Below, piece after piece: positions 61,779 to 64,000 of a stretch of 64,000 nucleotides of DNA. Position numbers and translations under genes: made by a program. The notes beneath the pieces are model-generated. The model saw only the letters and a program-made list of their open reading frames with translations. It was not told the DNA's origin and did not search any database. The stretch's first letter is position 1. The number at the start of each line of letters is the position of its first letter. Origin of the DNA: an uncultured Dehalococcoidia bacterium (GTDB lineage: Bacteria > Chloroflexota > Dehalococcoidia > Lucifugimonadales > UBA3495); NCBI GenBank assembly GCA_950072105.1, contig CATMOE010000001.1:96001-160000 (forward strand), written 5' to 3'.

Positions 61779-62348
61779 CTAGACTGCCTGCTTGGCTGCG
61801 CTGCCCACCAAGATACGCTCTACATCCGGAGCGATCTCAGCGGCCCGCTGCTTGCACTCTTCATCAGTCAGGCTTGACAACGGATGTTGGGCAACCACGA
61901 ACTCGTAGTCCGGGACGCCCATCATCCGGACCATGGCCTTCGCCGTGGGCAGGAAAACGTGGGTGATGATAGACGCGGTGGGGATGCCCAGGCGCTCCAT
62001 CTCGATACCGTCGTGCACACTGCACGAACTGCAGGACCCTCAATCACCTATCCCGGTGATCAGCACATCCACCTTATCCATAAGTTCTTGGACGACTTCT
62101 GGTTTGGTGGGCAACGAGGCCGAATGCTTGCTAAGCATTATCACGTCTTTAAGGTCGTATTTCTCTTTGAGAATCACGGCCAATTCTTGAAGAACCTTGT
62201 CCGAGTTGGCTTTGTGGTTTTCCAGCAAGCCCAGGGTCTTGCCGCTAAGTTCGCTGGGCCGGTCGTTCAGGTGGAACTCGCCAGAGGAAAGGTCGGTCCC
62301 CCTGGGATTCACCAAACGCATATCCCTAACCGTTACAGTCTCCGCCAT
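61779..62348 (-). CDS. UGSC family selenoprotein; Sec at TGA 62040-62042
   Basis: ORFs 62040..62348 and 61779..62018 share a frame: ITGIGD-TGA-GSCSSCSVHDGIEMERLGIP; NHKANSD, QHP motifs. Confidence 0.9.
62011..62027 (-). promoter_or_regulatory. Putative bSECIS upper stem (UGSC)
   Basis: UCGUGCA-GUG-UGCACGA starting 12 nt after UGA. Confidence 0.7.
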
Positions 62349-62447
62349 AGTCCCTCCTTATGTAATGCCGCCGTTGCCCGGGCACATTAATTTGGACTGC
62401 TCATAATCTTACACAGCGGCTCAGATTTTGCAAGGAGATGAGCCTCG

Positions 62448-62645
62448 CTATTCGCTCACATGCTCATAAGAAAAGTGGGGAACATCAGTACGGTCCTTGG
62501 CATGTTCGATAGTCATAGCACAGATATTTCCGTCGCGGTCCAGATCCAAAAGTGTGTTCTCATCCAAATCTCTAGTCTCCGCGATGTCCGCGGGTTTAAA
62601 TTCAATATACAACGTATCTGTTTCTTGGAAATATTTGATTTTCAT
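62448..62645 (-). CDS. DUF2283 domain protein (putative antitoxin)
   Basis: IKYFQETDTLYIEF..LLDLDRDGNI..TIEHA. Confidence 0.82.
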   Translation of the reverse strand: MKIKYFQETDTLYIEFKPADIAETRDLDENTLLDLDRDGNICAMTIEHAKDRTDVPHFSYEHVSE

Positions 62646-62878
62646 AGAGTGAACCTACGATCAAAAAATGCGTTATGAACTGTCTCTCCATCAGCCAAAA
62701 GAACAACCCGGAGGAAACGACCTCCCATTTCTTCAATCGCCGCCCAGCGCCTAATCCGGCCATCCGCCTGTACGACTTCCCTGACCGGGTGCTCTACAAC
62801 TCGTAAGAGCCACTCTGGCCTTATCAATACCCGGTCGGGACGGTCCTGTATTGACAGAAAATACTGGGTGAACTTCAT
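62642..62878 (-). CDS. Putative RelE/BrnT-like (DUF4258-like) toxin
   Basis: 78 aa, QADGRIRRW..RFLRVVLLADGETVHNAFFDR; ATGA overlap with the DUF2283 gene. Confidence 0.65.
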   Translation of the reverse strand: MKFTQYFLSIQDRPDRVLIRPEWLLRVVEHPVREVVQADGRIRRWAAIEEMGGRFLRVVLLADGETVHNAFFDRRFTL

Positions 62879-62914
62879 CCATGTTGCCCATGTTGCCGGT
62901 TAAACATTGCTAGT

Positions 62915-63955
62915 TCATCCCCCCGGCACATCCACCTTCCGTGTCCGTATCCGGTAGCCGGTGGTGTCGATGATGGCGCTGTTGCGGCCGCCGGTGCCGC
63001 CGCCCATGACTATCCAGATATCGTCGGCTTCCCGGGCACACCGGCGCACCAATTGGTCGTCTCCCGGCTTCTCCGGTCCTTGCGCCACTCCCAGCCGGAT
63101 CAGTTCGCTTAACGGCCGGGTGGCGTTCTCTATCAGATAGTCTTGCATGCCACGGCGGGTCCAACCGTCGTCTTTGAGGGTGATGGCATGCTCCGGGCCG
63201 ATGACCACGACCCACTGGGCCGGGAACCGCCAAGCCAAGCAGGCCGACTTCAGGGTGTCGGCCAAAGAGGCGAGAATGGACTCCCCGGTGTGCCCGTAGG
63301 CGTTGTTGACGGTGATGGGATTGTAGGCCACCGCCACGGTGACGCAGCTATCTTCGGATTGGAAGCCCCGGCTGACGTGGAGGCCGCCCCACGGCGAATC
63401 CTCCTCGTTCTCGGCGATGCATAGCGTATATTTGGCGGGATTGCCCAGGGTCCCCCGGTCCAGCACGCCGGGCCGGGCGTCGAAACCGTTCATGAAGCAG
63501 AGCCGGATGGACCTGCCCAGGCAAGCGTTGGCCCGGAACCCGGGGCCGAAAAGACCATCCTTGGAGTTCATTCCGATCTGTTCCCGGATGGGACCGTTGA
63601 CGATCATCAAGATGGCTGGGGAACTGGTGGAAGCGGAGGCCATGTGGACGAAGTTCTTCTCCTCCTCAAGGGTCCGCAGGGTTGTAACCAGTACCGGAAA
63701 GTATTCGGGCAAGCATCCAGCCATCACCGCGTTGGCGGCGGCGTTCTCGGAGGTAAGCACCCGGTTGCGCATCTCCAGGGACAGCAGTTCCTCTTCCCCG
63801 GTCATGCCCACATATTCCAGCATCTCCCGCACCTTGTATTCGACGGGAGGTACCACCGGCAGGCCGTCGCTCCAACCCAACCGATAGCATTCTTCAATAG
63901 CTTCGATGGTATCGTTGGGTTCGACCTGGCCGGATCTTTCCAAACCTGTAACCAT
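62915..63955 (-). CDS. Conserved protein of the DGLPVVPP family, usual neighbour of UGSC proteins
   Basis: GWSDGLPVVPP, ANAVMAGCLPEY, VNGP, FRANA, AENEEDSPW; GGAGG RBS. Confidence 0.8.
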   Translation of the reverse strand: MVTGLERSGQVEPNDTIEAIEECYRLGWSDGLPVVPPVEYKVREMLEYVGMTGEEELLSLEMRNRVLTSENAAANAVMAGCLPEYFPVLVTTLRTLEEEKNFVHMASASTSSPAILMIVNGPIREQIGMNSKDGLFGPGFRANACLGRSIRLCFMNGFDARPGVLDRGTLGNPAKYTLCIAENEEDSPWGGLHVSRGFQSEDSCVTVAVAYNPITVNNAYGHTGESILASLADTLKSACLAWRFPAQWVVVIGPEHAITLKDDGWTRRGMQDYLIENATRPLSELIRLGVAQGPEKPGDDQLVRRCAREADDIWIVMGGGTGGRNSAIIDTTGYRIRTRKVDVPGG

Positions 63956-63971
63956 GGGTATCCTCCAAATA

Positions 63972-63999
63972 AAGCTATCAGCTTTTAGCTACCGCTTAG
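63972..63999. repeat. Degenerate heptamer repeat
   Basis: aagctatcagcttttagctaccgcttag. Confidence 0.5.
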
Positions 64000-64000
64000 A

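Noticed and set aside
1..64000. tRNA (including tRNA-Sec), rRNA, transposase, integrase or sel genes
   Set aside because: None recognised by eye; a tRNAscan/Infernal run would be needed to exclude them.

Overview
64 kb of GC-rich bacterial chromosome, largely core genes; gene content (DUF2298/TIGR03663 membrane proteins, 11-subunit complex I, REP families) suggests Chloroflexota, probably Dehalococcoidia/SAR202-like (inference). It contains gap, eno, a nuoABC-DHIJKLMN operon lacking the N-module, a separate nuoE-nuoF-nuoG(FDH-like)-FNR locus about 37 kb away, trmD, dinG, ogg, a two-component system, cca, rnc, ftsY, a putative GT-C glycosylation cluster, mutL and mutS. The main signal the ORF track misses is four putative selenoproteins: DUF3179 (UTLC), DsbA-like (UPFV), ArsC/Spx-like (USSC) and UGSC family (UGSCSSC). 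In each, an in-frame TGA sits at the catalytic Cys position, followed 12-15 nt later by a hairpin with a GU-containing loop (bSECIS-like). Other observations: a GxxExxY nuclease gene bracketed by 18-bp inverted repeats between nuoF and nuoG; two orphan HicB-like paralogs inside the nuo operon; an FDH-like NuoG without its Mo/W ligand; a probable ACG start for cca; a 1-nt frameshift in the response regulator; and at least five families of intergenic repeats. No tRNA, rRNA, CRISPR array or transposase was recognised. All family assignments are from motif recognition, not database searches.
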